Shown here one piece after another: positions 36,541 through 51,329 of a stretch of 64,000 bases of DNA. A program made the translations under genes and the position numbers. Source of the DNA: the human T2T-CHM13v2.0 reference genome, Homo sapiens. The stretch's first letter is position 1. Every line of letters starts with the position of its first letter. Under the pieces are notes generated by a model. It did no database searches. It saw only the letters and a program-made list of their open reading frames with translations, and was not told the origin of the DNA. Location of the stretch: NCBI RefSeq assembly GCF_009914755.1, contig NC_060927.1, one strand, 5' to 3'.

Positions 36541-37102
36541 TTAACTGTATATTTTAGAATTTAAGTTGCATCCTTAGTACATTTGGTTCTCTGTTGAATT
36601 TGTGCTGAAATTTCCTAAGTAAAATAGTTTCAAAAAAATTATAAGCCATCATCCTGGTGAAAATTGCTGTGAAATTATTGAAAGCAAATGATAGAATGTG
36701 TTTTAAAGCTTTAATTCTACTGCTTGCTATTAATCTGGAATATGTACAGATAGATTAATTAATTAGCTAGTTGGTGGTCACATAGCTCATAAATGGCAGA
36801 ACTCTGGACAAAATCTTGAAATATGAATCATTGCTATACAATCATTGCTGTGAATGTTTATATACCATACTGCTCTCCTTCTGCTGACAATAATTTTAAA
36901 ATAATACTCATTTTGCTCTTTTGGAGCTCAACGTTCAATGAGAAGAAAGAGAAATAAAAAGGGCAGAAACATAATTTATTATGTCACATCTTTTATAAAA
37001 TCAACCTTTTGTCCTAGATACAATCTAGAGGAAAGTGTGGTTTTTGTCCCACAATAAGATTAAGATGTCCAATTGAGTTGAGTTGGACATTGGAGTTTGA
37101 GA

Positions 37103-37151
37103 CACACACACACACACACACATACACACAGATGCACACGCATGTACACAC
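37103..37151. repeat. (CA)n microsatellite, interrupted
   Basis: Visible directly. Confidence 0.85.
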
Positions 37152-38240
37152 TTTAAAAATACTAGGAACAATAACAAGTAAAATGAATCAAATAATCTAC
37201 AAATTTTAATACAACATAGTAGATATGTAAAGTATCTGAATTGATACAGATATCATAACAAGAGCTAAAGATATCATCTCAGTATATAGGTCACTCAAGG
37301 TTTTTTCAATCTATCTACAGCATTTTAATCTCCTCTTTTACCTTATTCAGCCCACACTAAATTTCTACTACTTATTTCCAATCTCTTCCCTTAACCAATT
37401 GTAGCTCATATGTTTGTCTTTGACATGTGAATATTTTAAATTCTTAATTTTAGTTTAAAGATCTTCAGAAACTTCTTTAATCTCTTGCAAGCCATCTTTA
37501 GGCTCTTTACTATTCCTCTAGACATTCTTTGCATTTCTATCCAATTGTATCCCTGCTCTAATAAACTTTAGACACCTTCAATTCTGGGAAACCTTCAACA
37601 TATCTTAAGGTGATGCTTGGACCAGTCAATTTATTTTAGAAATGCAGAAACTGAAATATCTTCTGATATTCTGATAAAATATGCATGTGTTAGTTATGAT
37701 GAATATTATGTGAAAAGCAGAGGTTCTCTTTTCTCTCTAGCAAGCTTTTTTTCAAGTTATTGTTTTTTCTTTAATCGTGTTTAATAAAATGACCCTTACT
37801 TCAAATGAACTGTAAATCAAAGATAGAGCTGTGATTTTTGATTAGAGAAAAACTTAACATGAAGTATCCTTATAATGCATCATAAAATTAAATTAGTGTT
37901 TAAACTACAATAAATCAGATTAATATCACTTAATGTAGGAACTTGCAAAGGCTTCCTATAAATTCAAAAATTCATCACATTCCTGGCTTAAGAGCATTAC
38001 ACACCCCTTTCTATTTCTTGGATCTCATCATTTTTTTTACCTAGGTATACTCGACTTCCTTTCATTCCTCAAAGACCCTGACCTCATCCTTGCCTTGGAA
38101 CCTATTTCCTCTGCCTGGATTCCTCTGCCTGGTGAATTCGTTACCTTTGTCTTTACATAACCGCCCTTTGTCATTAAACTGCCAGTTTAAATGCATTCCA
38201 CTCTAACTACTTCATCTAGTCATTCTAATTTTAATTTTCT

Positions 38241-38558
38241 TTCTTTCTCTCTTTCTTCCTTTCCTTCTCTTCTCTTCCTTTTTTCTGAGTCTGTCACCCA
38301 GGCTGGAGTGAAGTGGCGCAATCTGGGATCACTGCAACCTCCACTTCCCAGGTTCAAGTGATTCTCCTGCCTAAACCTCCTAAGTAGGTGGGATTACAGA
38401 AGCCCGCCACCACAACCAGCTAATTTTTGTATTTATAGTAGAGATGGTGTTTCTCTATGTTTGTCATGTTGGTCTCAAACTCCTGACATCTCAGGTGATC
38501 TGCCCGCCTCAGCCTCCCAAAGTGGTGGGATTACAGGTGTAAGCCATAGCACCTGGCC
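38241..38558 (-). mobile_element. AluS with pyrimidine-expanded tail
   Basis: 15-bp TSD TAATTTTAATTTTCT at 38226-38240 / 38559-38573. Confidence 0.92.
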
Positions 38559-41003
38559 TAATTTTAATTTTCTAGTTAATGCACTTCTCCAGGCAAGTGG
38601 TTCTTGGTCTTCCCTGCATATTTGAGTCATACAGGGCTTTTAAATTTCAGACGTCCAGATCTCACTCTGGATTATCTGGGGGTGGGATGTAGATTTTGGT
38701 AAATTTTAAATCTCTGTAGGTGTGCACCGAAGTTGGAATACCCTTGAACTAGCTTTTGTTTTTCCTGTTGATTAATTGTTCAGATTGTGTTCCTCATGTC
38801 TTCTACCACTATAAGGCATAAGCCACTAACTGAAGGCATTTAGGCTGTCTTTACTTGCCCCTAAAATTTGGTGCCTAGGAGAATGCCTGGCAGAACATTT
38901 AGCAAACAAATGTTTGTTAAATGAACAAATGAAGAAATGAAAGGTAGTTCAACTTTAGCAGATGTCTCTGATTTTGTGATATTACCATGGTTGAGATTCT
39001 CTTCCTCAGACTTGCAGTTTTAGGAAAATAATTTTGTCAAGTATCCCAGCAAGGCCTAGGTTCACATATTAACTGGGTTTGCAGATTATTAAAACCAAAT
39101 GGCATTTAATTAAATTAGCAGAGTGATAGATATTTCCAGGACTCTGAACATGATGCAGAGCATCATTTTTCTGGCTCTGGAATATTTGCAAGACCACAGT
39201 AATGCAAAAGATTCTGTGATATGCACGAAACTACAGCATAAACACTCTGATATTCATCTCAGAATGATGTATTTATACGTGTTTTCCTTTCAAATTTCTA
39301 TAAATGTTTATAGGATTATGTTGTAGTCAGCATTTAACTATTATCTTATTGAAGTATTTTTTATTCTTCATATACTTCATCGTTACTGAGCCTATCATTG
39401 TGAGTGATAGGAGAAGATCATGGGGAAAGTGAGAGATCTTGTTAAAGCAGCCTGGAAATCCATAGGCAGTAATCTATTATTAATCACTAATAGAAAACAG
39501 TTTAATGCATTATCAGATTCACAACGGAAACTGAGCAAATCTTGTCTTTAAATAACAATTTTGAATAGTTTGAAGAATTTTTATTTTTTTTAATCAGATA
39601 TCCTACTTTATAGGATTCACATGCCAGGGGGCTTTTATTCAATTTTGTGAAAAAAATAAAAATAGCATGCACTGAACAGTAGGAAGAAGTGCACCTATCT
39701 CCCCTAATAAAATCTTTTATCACTTTTGCTTCCCATGAGAGCAAGATATATAATAACGAACTTTCAAGAATATTTGTGGTGCACTTCTCACTGTTACCAT
39801 GAGTTACCACTTAAAGCAGAATTTGCGGAGTCAAATGTCCAAAGGGGGTAGGCAGGTGATAGGAATGCTTGAAATATGACAGATTGAAAAACAGTCTTTA
39901 CTTACAGGGGGAAAAAGCACTCCTTATCTTTTCCTGAAACATGTAGCCCTCTGGGTCAATTTTTACTCTTCCCACTTCTGAAACAGATAAGAATAGAAGT
40001 GTAATTTGCTTTTCTCTTACCTCTGCTATGGGAGACATATAAGTGGAAGGCTGATGTGGACAGCCCCTGCAACTTGACCTAAGTGCTGCCATGACAACAG
40101 GGACTAATGGGGAATGTACCAACCTGGCCTCTTGGTTTCTTATCCAAAAGCACAAGAGCTACTAGGCTCTGGGAAAAGTGTGGGTGTGCTGACAGGGTCA
40201 AGTTTTATGAAGTGTCAAGGCAAGCTATAAGACTACATCTTTATATAGAAGAGCCAGGTTTTTATGAAAGTAGCTAAGTCCATTTTGTTTTTAAATACTC
40301 TACAGTGTGAGTAAAGTAAAAGGCAGTGTCAATTAACCATATCTAGCTCTTGATCCATCATTTTATACCTGTACGTTGGAGATTAAAATTTTATAAATAA
40401 AATTAACTACTTTTAAGTAAAGTGTTATATTTTAGAGCTGTTTCATCTGAGTAATCACAACAGCTTGGAGGACATTTTTAGATTTAATGTAATAATTTCC
40501 TTCCCTTTTTTGACATTTATTAAATGCACAATATATGTGTAAATGATCTAATTTAAACAACAAAGAGAGATAGCTATTTGAGTCAAACATGAGGAATTTA
40601 CCAAAAGGCTTTTTACCACTGCTTCATGACTAAACCCATTTTAATGTTATAAAGAATTAATTATGAACTCCAGTCAATGACATCACATAAATTTATGTTT
40701 CATAAATGTACGTAGCCACTTCTAAAGGCGATGTTGTCATAACTTTCAAGCATAAACCTGCCAGTACCTTTAATAGAAAATAAGAAACACTCTTTCTATA
40801 ATAGCTAAAAATCAGTCCTGACTTACAAGTCCTATTCTGAGTTTATCACTCAAAATATGTTCACAGATTCAGATGTTGAGGATCAGCAACTTTTCAAAAG
40901 AAAATGTCATATAAGAAATTTTACTTATACAAATATAAGGATGGGAAATACCAGATTAAATTGCTTGGGATGGTTTCATTTAACTTTTTAAAAATAAAGT
41001 GGG

Positions 41004-41005
<2 letters not shown>

Positions 41006-41034
<29 letters not shown>
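41006..41034. repeat. (AC)14 microsatellite
   Basis: Visible directly. Confidence 0.95.
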
Positions 41035-41036
<2 letters not shown>

Positions 41037-42536
41037 CCATTCAGCATGGGCTTTTCCATAACTCCATTTTTGGTATCTGATTATAATATTACTTTTTATA
41101 TTGAGAATATTATATTGCAAAATTCCAGGCCCTTTCTCTCTAAGGAATGCTAACTCTATCTCCACCTGTTTGATTCTATTGCTATTTAGAAAGAAATCCT
41201 TAGAAAGACAAATAACTTATTTCTTCTTTAAATTGACACAATCCCAACATCAAAAAATATCTAAACTCAGAGTCTAAAAGCATATAGCTCATTGTATTGA
41301 GCTGTTTTCTGATTACACATGAAAGGCAGCTATGGCTTAGAATCAGGATTTTTCATGAACTCTTTCAAAATTTTTCTCTCGTTGTTCCTTGAAATCTCTC
41401 CTGTTTTCATTCTTTCTTTTTTTCTTTTCTTTCTTAGCCATTTGGGAACTGCATTTTTCTATTTATAATTTTTAATTTTTACAAGTTCATAGTAGGTAAA
41501 TATATTTATGGGGTACATGAAATACAATGGGCATACAATGTATAATAATCACATCAGTGTAAATGGTGTTTCCATCACCTCAAGCATTCATCAATTATTT
41601 GTGTTGTGAACATTACAATTCCACTCCCTGTATTATTCAAAAATTTACAACAAATTATTTCTGACTGTATTTATCCTGTTGTGCTATCAAATACTAGATT
41701 TTATTCATTCTATCTGACTAGTTTTTGTATACATTAACCATTCCCATTTCTCAATGCCCCCACTACTTTTCCCAGCCTCTGGAAAGTAGAATTGCTTTTC
41801 TACTCCCTACCTCCACGAGTTCAATTGTTTTGATTTTCAGTTCCCCAAAATAAGTGAGAATATGCGAGGTTTCTTTTTCAGTGCCTGGCTTTTTTCACTT
41901 AAAATAATGACCTCCACTTTCATTCATGTTCTTGCAAGTGACAGATTCTCATTTCTTTTTATGGATACATAGTGCTCCATTGTGTATATGTACCACATTT
42001 TCTTTATCCATTCATCTGTTGACAGACACTTAGGTTGATTCCAAATCTTAGCTATTGTGAATAGCACTGCAATAAACAGGGGAGAACAAATATTTCTTCA
42101 AGACACTGATTTTCTTTCTTTTGGGTATATACCCAGTACTGGAATTTCTGGGTCATATGGTAGTTCAATTTTTAGTTTTTTGAGGAACCTCCAAACCATT
42201 CTCCATTGTTGTTGCACTAATTTATATTGCCCTCAGCAGTGTACTAGCATTCTCTTTTCTCTTCATCCTCACCAGCATTCATTACTGCCTTCATTCATAC
42301 AGCATTCATTACTTTTGGATAAAAGCCATTTTTACTGGAGTGAGATGTTATCTCACTGTAGTTTTGATTTACATTTCTTTGGTAATCAGTGATGTTGAGC
42401 AACTTTTCATATACCTGTTTGCCGTTTTGGGGGGTTTTTTTTGATAAGTGTCTATTCAGATTTTTGGCCATTTTTAATTGAATTATCAGATTTTTTTCCT
42501 GCTGAGTTGTTTGTGCTCCTTACATATACTGGTTAT

Positions 42537-42891
42537 AATATTAGTCTGTTTTCACACTGCTTATAAAGACATATGCAAGACTCAGCAATTTAGAAAAGAA
42601 AGAAAGAGGTTTAATTCCACTTACAGTTCCATGTGGCTCAGAAAGCCTCACAATCATGGTGAAAGCAAGGAGGAGCAAGTCACATCTTGCACGGATGGCA
42701 GCAGGCAAAGAGAGAGCTTGTGCAGGAAAACTCCCCCTTATAATAACCATCAGATCTCAGGAGTCTTACTAACACAAGAACAGCATGGGAAAAACCTGCC
42801 CCCATGATTCGATTACCTCCCACCAGGTCCTTCCAAAAACACATGGAAATTGAAGATGAGATTTGGTTGGGGACACAGCCAAATCATGTCA
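42537..42891 (-). mobile_element. THE1 (THE1C-like) MaLR solo LTR inside the L1MA
   Basis: 5-bp TSD GTTAT (42532-42536 / 42892-42896). Contains aaggaggagcaagtcacatc and gatgagatttggttggggacacagccaaa. Confidence 0.88.
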
Positions 42892-43773
42892 GTTATTAAT
42901 CCTCATGCAATAGATACTTTGCAAATATTTTCTCTACTTTTGCAGGTTGTCTCTTCATTGTTGATTGTTTCCTTTGCTGTGCAAAAGCTTTTTAATTTTA
43001 TGTGATCTCATTTGTCCATTTTGCTTTGGTTGCCTGTGATATTTGAGTATTACTCATGAAATCTTTGCCCAGACCAATATCTTACGGAGTTTTCCCAATG
43101 TTTTCTTAGTGATTTCATAGTTTGAGGCCTTAGATTTAAGTGTTTAATCCATTTTAAGTTAGTTTTTGTGTATGGTGAAAGATAGGGGTCTACTTTCTTC
43201 TGAACTATATTCCAAGCACCATTTATTGGAGAGACTTTCCTTTATCCAATGTATGCTCTGGGCACCTTTGTCAAAATGAGTCTATTATAGATGTACGGAT
43301 TTGTTTCTGTGTTCTCTATTCTGTTCCATTGGTCTATGTGTCTGCCTTTATCCCAGTAACAGGCTGTTTTTTTTTTCTGTAGTATAATTTTGTTTCCGTA
43401 GTGTAATTTGAAGTCAGGTAATGTCATTGTTTCACTTTTCTTCTTTTTGCTCAGGATAGCTGTGGATATTCTGGGTTTTTTTGTGGTTCTATATAAATTT
43501 TAGGATTATTTTTTCCTATATCTGTGAAGAATGTCATTGACACTTTAATAAGGAATGCATTGAATCTATAAATTGCTCTGGATAGTATGGACATTTTTAC
43601 AATATAGATTCTTCTAATCCATAAACATAAAATATATTTCCATTTTTTAATGTGTCCTTTTCAGTTTCTTACATCAATGTTTTACAGTTTCCTTTACAGA
43701 GGTCTTTCACTTATTTGGCTAAGTTTATTTCTAGGTATTTTGCTTTATTTGTACCTATTGTAAATAGGATTAC

Positions 43774-44068
43774 TTTTTTTTTTTTTTGATACAGGGTCTC
43801 ACACTGTTGCTGAGGCTTGGGTGCAGTGGTGCAGTCATGGCTCACTGAACCCTCAGTATCCTGGGCTCTAGTAATCCTCCTACCTCAGTCTCCAAAGTAG
43901 CTAGGACCACAGGCATGTGCCACCATACCTGGCAAATTTTTAAAATTTTTTGTAGAAAAAGGCCTCACTATCTTACCCAAGCTGGTCTCAAACTCCTGGC
44001 CTGAAGTGATCCACCAACCTTCGCCTCCCAAACTGCTGGGATTACAGCATGAGCCACTGCACTCAGCC
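43774..44068 (-). mobile_element. AluJ inside the L1MA
   Basis: Dimeric Alu with poly-T; flanking ggattac is duplicated. Confidence 0.9.
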
Positions 44069-46393
44069 TGGGATTACATTTTTGATTTCTTTTTCAGATT
44101 ATTTGCTGTTAGCATATAGAAATGCTATTTATTTTTGCATGCCGATTGTGTATTCTGAAACTTTACTGCATGAGTTTATCAGTTCTAGTAGTGCTTCAGT
44201 ATCTTTAGGTTTATCTAAACATAGAATTATGTTTTCTGGAAAAAAGGATAATTTGACTTCTTCCTTTCTAATTTGGATGTGTTTCATTTCTTTCTCTTGT
44301 CTGATTGCTCTAGCTAGGACTTTGAGTACTATTTGGAATAACAGTGGTAAAAAGAGGCACTCTTCTCTTGTTCCATATCTAAGAGAAAAGACTTTCAGTT
44401 TTTCTCCATTTGGTATGATAATAACTGTGGGTCTCTCATACATGACTTTTAATACATTAAGGTATGTTCCTTGTATAGCCAGTTTTTTGAGTTTTTTTTT
44501 CTTAAATCATGAAGAAACACTGAATTTTACAAAGTGATTTTTTCAGCATCAATTGAAATGGCCATAGTTTTTCCCTTTATTCTGTTGATATGATATATCA
44601 CATTGATTGATTTGCATACATTGAACCATCCTTGCATTTCTGGGATGAATCTGACTTGGTCATGAGGAATAATCTTTATAATGTGTTAATGAAATTCAGT
44701 TTGCTAGTATTCCGTTGAGTATTTTTGCATCAGTGTTCATCAGGGATATTGGCCTGTAGTTTTGTTTTTTTTTTGAGGTGTCTTTGGTTTTGTTTCAGGT
44801 TAATTCTGTGCTCATATAATTTGTTTGAAAGTATTCCCTCCTCCTCTATTTTCTGAAATAGTTTAAGTAGGATTGCTATTACTTCTTTAAATGTTTGGTA
44901 GAATTCAGCAATGAAGCCATCAGTTCCAGGACTTTTCTTTGCTGGGAGACTTTACTGTGGCTTTTATTTTGTTACTTGCTATTGGTCTATTCAGGTTTTG
45001 GATTTCTTCATGGTTTAATCTTGGTAGCTTATATGTGAATAGAAATTTTTCCATTCCTTCTAAGTTTCCTAAGTTATTGGCATATAGTTGCTCAGAGTAG
45101 TTTCTAATGATCCTTCAAATTTCTAAGATATTAGTTTTCATGTATCCTTTTTCATCTCTGATTTCATTTAAATCTCTCCTTTTTCATATTCTGGCTAAAA
45201 ATTTGTCAATTGTACTTACTTTGCATAAAAAGCAACTTTTAGTTACAAAAATATTTTGTATTGTTTTCATTTCAACTTTATTTCTGCTATGACTTTATCA
45301 TTTATTTTATTCTACTAATTTTGGGTTTGATTTTCTTTTGCTTTTCCAGTTCTATAAGATGAATTATTAAATTGTTTGTTTCAAGTTTTTCTGCTTTTTT
45401 AATGTAGGCACTTGTAGCTATTAACTTTCCCCTGAGTACTGCTTTTGCTGTATCCAATAGGTTTTGGTATGTTATGTTTTCATTTTAACTTGTTTTAAGA
45501 AATTATTTCATTTTCTTTTAAATTTTTTACTTGACTCACTGGTCATTCAATAGCATATTGTTTAATTTTTATGTGTTTGTATATTCCCAAATTTTTGTTA
45601 TTCATTTCTAGTTTCATTCTGTTGTGGTCAGAGAAAATATTTGATAGACTTTTAATTTTTTAAGACTTGTTTTGTGGACTAACATATGGTCTATACTTGA
45701 TAATGATCCATGTGTTGAAGAAAAGAATGTGTATTCTGCTGTTGGATGAAATGTTTTGTAGATATCTATTAGGTCCATTTGATCTATAGTGCAGATTAGA
45801 TCTTTGTCACTTTGGTGATTTTATTTCTGGATAATCTGTCCAATGCTGAAAGTGGGGTGTTGAAGTCTCCAGCTATTATTGTATCGTGTTCTCTTTTGTT
45901 TCAGTAATATTTGTTTTATGTATCTGGGTACTTCAGTGTGGAGTACATATATCTTTACACTTGTTATGTTCTCTTGCTGAACTGATTTTTTTTACCATGA
46001 CAATGACCTTTTTTGTCTCTTTTTATAATTTTTTCTTGAAATCTACTTTTGCTTACATAAGTATATCTACTCCCATAACTTTTTTACTTTCCATTTGCAT
46101 GAGATACCTTTTTCCATCCTTTTTTTCAGTTTATTTGTGTCTTTATAGTTGACATGCATTTGTAGGCAACAGATTGTTGGGTCTTATTTTCTTTATCCAT
46201 TCAGCCACTCTGTCTCCTTTGATTGCATAATTTAGTTCATTTACATTCAATGTATTATTGATAAGTAAGAACTTAACTTCTACCATTTTGTTATTTGTTT
46301 TCTGGTTGTTTTGTGGTCTTGTGTTTCTTCCTTGTTCCCTGTCTTCCTTTCTGTGAAAGTGATTTTCTCAGGTGGTATGTTTTAATTTCTTGC

Positions 46394-46400
<7 letters not shown>

Positions 46401-46435
<35 letters not shown>
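46401..46435. repeat. (TG)17 microsatellite
   Basis: Visible directly. Confidence 0.95.
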
Positions 46436-46437
<2 letters not shown>

Positions 46438-47448
46438 CTATCGTAGGTTTTATGATTTGAGGTTAGCCTGAGGCTTGCAAATGACAAAACTTGTTATTTT
46501 AAACATACAACTTAACTCTGATTATACAAATTAGCTAACAAGAAAAAAGAAAACTAATAAAAACTCTAAACTTTAACATCATCTTCCTATTTTTTGACTT
46601 TTTGTTGTTTCTATTCATATATTATTACACCATCTATGTCTTAAAAAGTTGTTGTAGTTATTTTTTTTGATAGGTTTGCCTTTTAGTCTTCCCACTCAAG
46701 ATATAAGTAATTTACACATCACAATTACAGTGTTATAATATTCTATATTCGTCAGTGTACTTACTGTTACCAGTGAGGTTTTTACCTTCATATAATTTCT
46801 TATTACTCATTGAAGTCCTTTTCTTTCAGAATGAAGAACTCTCTTTAACGTTTCTTGTAGGACAGTTCTGGTGTTGACTCTTGATCTCTTTAAAATGGAA
46901 ATGTGTGGCCACTATGGAATCATCAATAGCCACAGGGCTGTTCAAACTTTGGTTAACTATACCTATTCTTTTAGGTATGATCGAAGGAAAGGAGATGTAA
47001 ATCCCCTTTGCTTAGGTCAGATATTTTATATTGAGGTCACTTTCTATGAGATAAAACAGATAATGCTTAGCTTCAAGAAACAGATACACCAATGATTTTC
47101 TCTTGGATAAATCATGGCCACCAAATCAAAGGAAGTGCATGCGAGTTTATGTGGCAAGGAAAGAGTGCTCAAAGAAAGCCATAGGAATTTAATTCTTTCT
47201 ATTTGGATGCTTTCTCAACCCCCAAACTTCCTCTTGATCATTTTAAGTTTGTATGTAGATAGAAAATATTATATGTTAACCAATCTTTAAACATTTTCTT
47301 TGTTACTAGAAATAATTATAAGCATGAATACCTTTTATTTAATCAGGGATAACCCCTTATGTATCCTAGTATTTGACTTGTTTATAACATTAAATATATA
47401 AAATATAAAGAGTCAGACTAAGTGAAGCTGTTTTTAAGAATTCATACT

Positions 47449-47747
<299 letters not shown>

Positions 47748-49161
47748 TTAATGCTTATGGCTCTCCTCAAAATAGGGGACAAAAAGTTATTTACTATAAA
47801 GAACATTCAGTTAAACTGTTCTTATTTCTAAGACTATTTTTAGATTATGATTTTGGAAGTGGAACACGGTAAATACTAAGAAAACAAGGTAAGGATGAAA
47901 GGTAGCTTCCACTTTGAATATAATCACGCTACTAGAAGTTTGATTAATTCCCAGCATATTGATATGTAATAATCAAACCAAGTGATCTCATATTTAGCTC
48001 TTCTATTTTTAATTTTTATTATAACATTAATAACTATAACTAGAACCAAAATACATAATAAACCATGCTTCATTATATTTTTTGAATAACTATGTTGAGC
48101 TTTATCTTATACTGACAAATGATTAGTTCAACTGTTTGGTGTTTTATTGTAACATTTATTTTCAATTCGATGTTAGTAATCTAATTTCTTTATACAATGA
48201 TGATACTTCTTGAAAAAATTTTTTCATAAAGTCTATGAGTGTAAGAATGAACTTAAAACATCTAGTTTTTCATGAAATACCTATAGATATTCAGCAAGGA
48301 GAAATAGATATTTGATGAAAACTTGATGGAAAAGGCCGTAGGAAAACCCAGTGATTGCAATTGCATAAAGATAATGAGGTTATTTTTCATTCCTCACTTT
48401 TTGCTGGTATAGAAGCTATAAATGGAAAAAGAAAGACCTCAGGAATAGTCATAGGTCATTAATCACACCTAGAAAATATTTTTGCATCTCTAACATATGC
48501 ATAATAACAAGTTAAAAATATTTGGAAATACAGCAATGATTACATGGGTGCATTTTTAAAATGTATAGTGCCAGACTAAATTGTGGCCATAGCTGTATGT
48601 TTTTTCATCTTCCTGATCAATTATTTTTACCATTTGACAAAAGTTTAATTATGTTACACTAACAACACATTTGTACAAAGACAAATTTACAAACTGCCTT
48701 AGCAAGAAATTATTCAGAAACATTAAACAAAGAGAAATTAAATGTTTTTTTAGATAGATTGCTGTCTAATTTGATCCTAAGTATTTATCCTGCATAGAAT
48801 ATATTGCTTTTAAGCAATGGTATATATCCTAAATATCACAATAGACAATTAAATTGATTATTTTAATCCTTGGTTCCAGTACAAAGCTGTTATGTTTTCT
48901 TCATCAGTTTGAACTTTGCTACCCTTAATGATAATAATATTGCTAATAATAATAATTGGAAGCATATATTGCACACTTATAGTATGTCGGCACTGTGCTA
49001 AAAAATATGTTATTACACTTTATTCTCACCATGATCGTGGCCAGGTGAGAAGACTCCAGCTTACAGGTAAGCCTTAACTTTTGCTCACATAACTAGTGAG
49101 AAACAAAACGGACCAACACAAAGTCAAATATAATGATTAAGAAAACTATACTAATGAGTAT

Positions 49162-49869
49162 TGAACCCATCTTTGCAAACATTATAACTGAGACAATTAT
49201 TACAGTGAAAGACACCTGACTTAACTGACTCCATCTTGTTTCTAATCTCCAAACTGTCCTTGTTCTTTCCTGGGTGTAGGCCAAACTAACTCTAGGAGGA
49301 ACTTGGTTTATGTTTTAGCTTTGAACTAAAGACGACAATGGCCCTTTCCCAAAGTAAACCTCCTTCCTGGGGACTAGACTGCCTTTGCAGGACTAACAAA
49401 TTATCCACAAGATTAGAAATTATGGTTTAGGGGTAATGGAGCTGGAGGTTGCAAGACTCTGTACCTCCCCAAATTGCTTTTGGGGATAACATTACTATTG
49501 TAAAACCTAAGATCAGTGTTTGAGATATTTTTCAGACCCTGCACTCAATGGATCAGCTGATACCACCTGGATTGATGAATTGGCTCATTTGGTCTTGTGG
49601 CCCTCAAGAGGATGGCTGCAACTTCCTATGATTTCATCTCCAACCCAACCAATCAGAAGTCCCAACTTACTGGCCCCCTATCCACCAAATTATCCTTAAA
49701 AACTCTGATCCCTAAATGCTTGGGGAGATTGATTTGGGTAATAACAAAATTCCCAGTCACCCACAGAGCTGGCTCTGTGTAAATTACTCTTTCTCTATTG
49801 CAATTCCCCAGTCTTGATAGATTGGCTCTGTATAGGGAGTGACAAGCGGAACCCACTGGACAGTTAACA
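49162..49869 (+). mobile_element. LTR8/LTR8A (ERV1) solo LTR
   Basis: tgaacccatctttgcaaa...gactccatcttg ... gaacccactggacagttaaca. TSD GTAT/GTAC. Confidence 0.85.
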
Positions 49870-50194
49870 GTACATCTGAAAACTTTCAACATAAAATTTA
49901 TATACTAAAATCTAATGTTAATTTCAAAGTTTTCAAAGAAACATTGTTTAAATAAATTTTCCTCCATTTTTATTTAAGTTATGAAAATAGATAGATTCTA
50001 CCTTGGAGTTACATTTTTGTCTACCTTTACACCTGAAATAGAGACAAAAAAATAAAAATGAAAGCTCACATAAGAATTCATAATGACAATCACCTAAAAT
50101 TACATAGATTTGAGGCTTAAACTGACACTGCTTGTGAAGTAATTTAAAATCAAAACACCTGATAGGACATATCAAAGACAACATATATCAGAGC

Positions 50195-50968
<774 letters not shown>

Positions 50969-51152
50969 CCCTAAGATATATTTTTTATTAAAAAAAAAAA
51001 AAAAGCTCAGGTTTACAGTAAAGTTGAAAATAATTCTGAGTTTGTAGAGCCATACCTTTTTGGTAGAAGCAAAATTAAATTCTCTGTTAAAATACACAAT
51101 CACAAATCAGGCTTCAAGTGTGCCCACAGAAAATATTCAAAGGATACATTCA

Positions 51153-51310
<158 letters not shown>

Positions 51311-51329
51311 ATAAATTTAAAATTTTTTA

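Larger units (their letters stand above)
41455..46877 (-). mobile_element. L1MA-type LINE, about 5.4 kb (3'UTR, decayed ORF2, end of ORF1)
   Basis: ORF2 RT peptides on minus strand: 44129-44443 (YERPTVIIIPNGEKLKVFSLRYGTREECLFLPLLF) and 43242-43427 (TLPDFKLHY...DQWNRIE). Confidence 0.92.

Noticed and set aside
38107-38133. Short tandem duplication ttcctctgcctgg x2 (similar cagcattcattact repeat at about 42273-42313)
   Set aside because: Ordinary slippage-scale duplications inside old repeats; no further structure.
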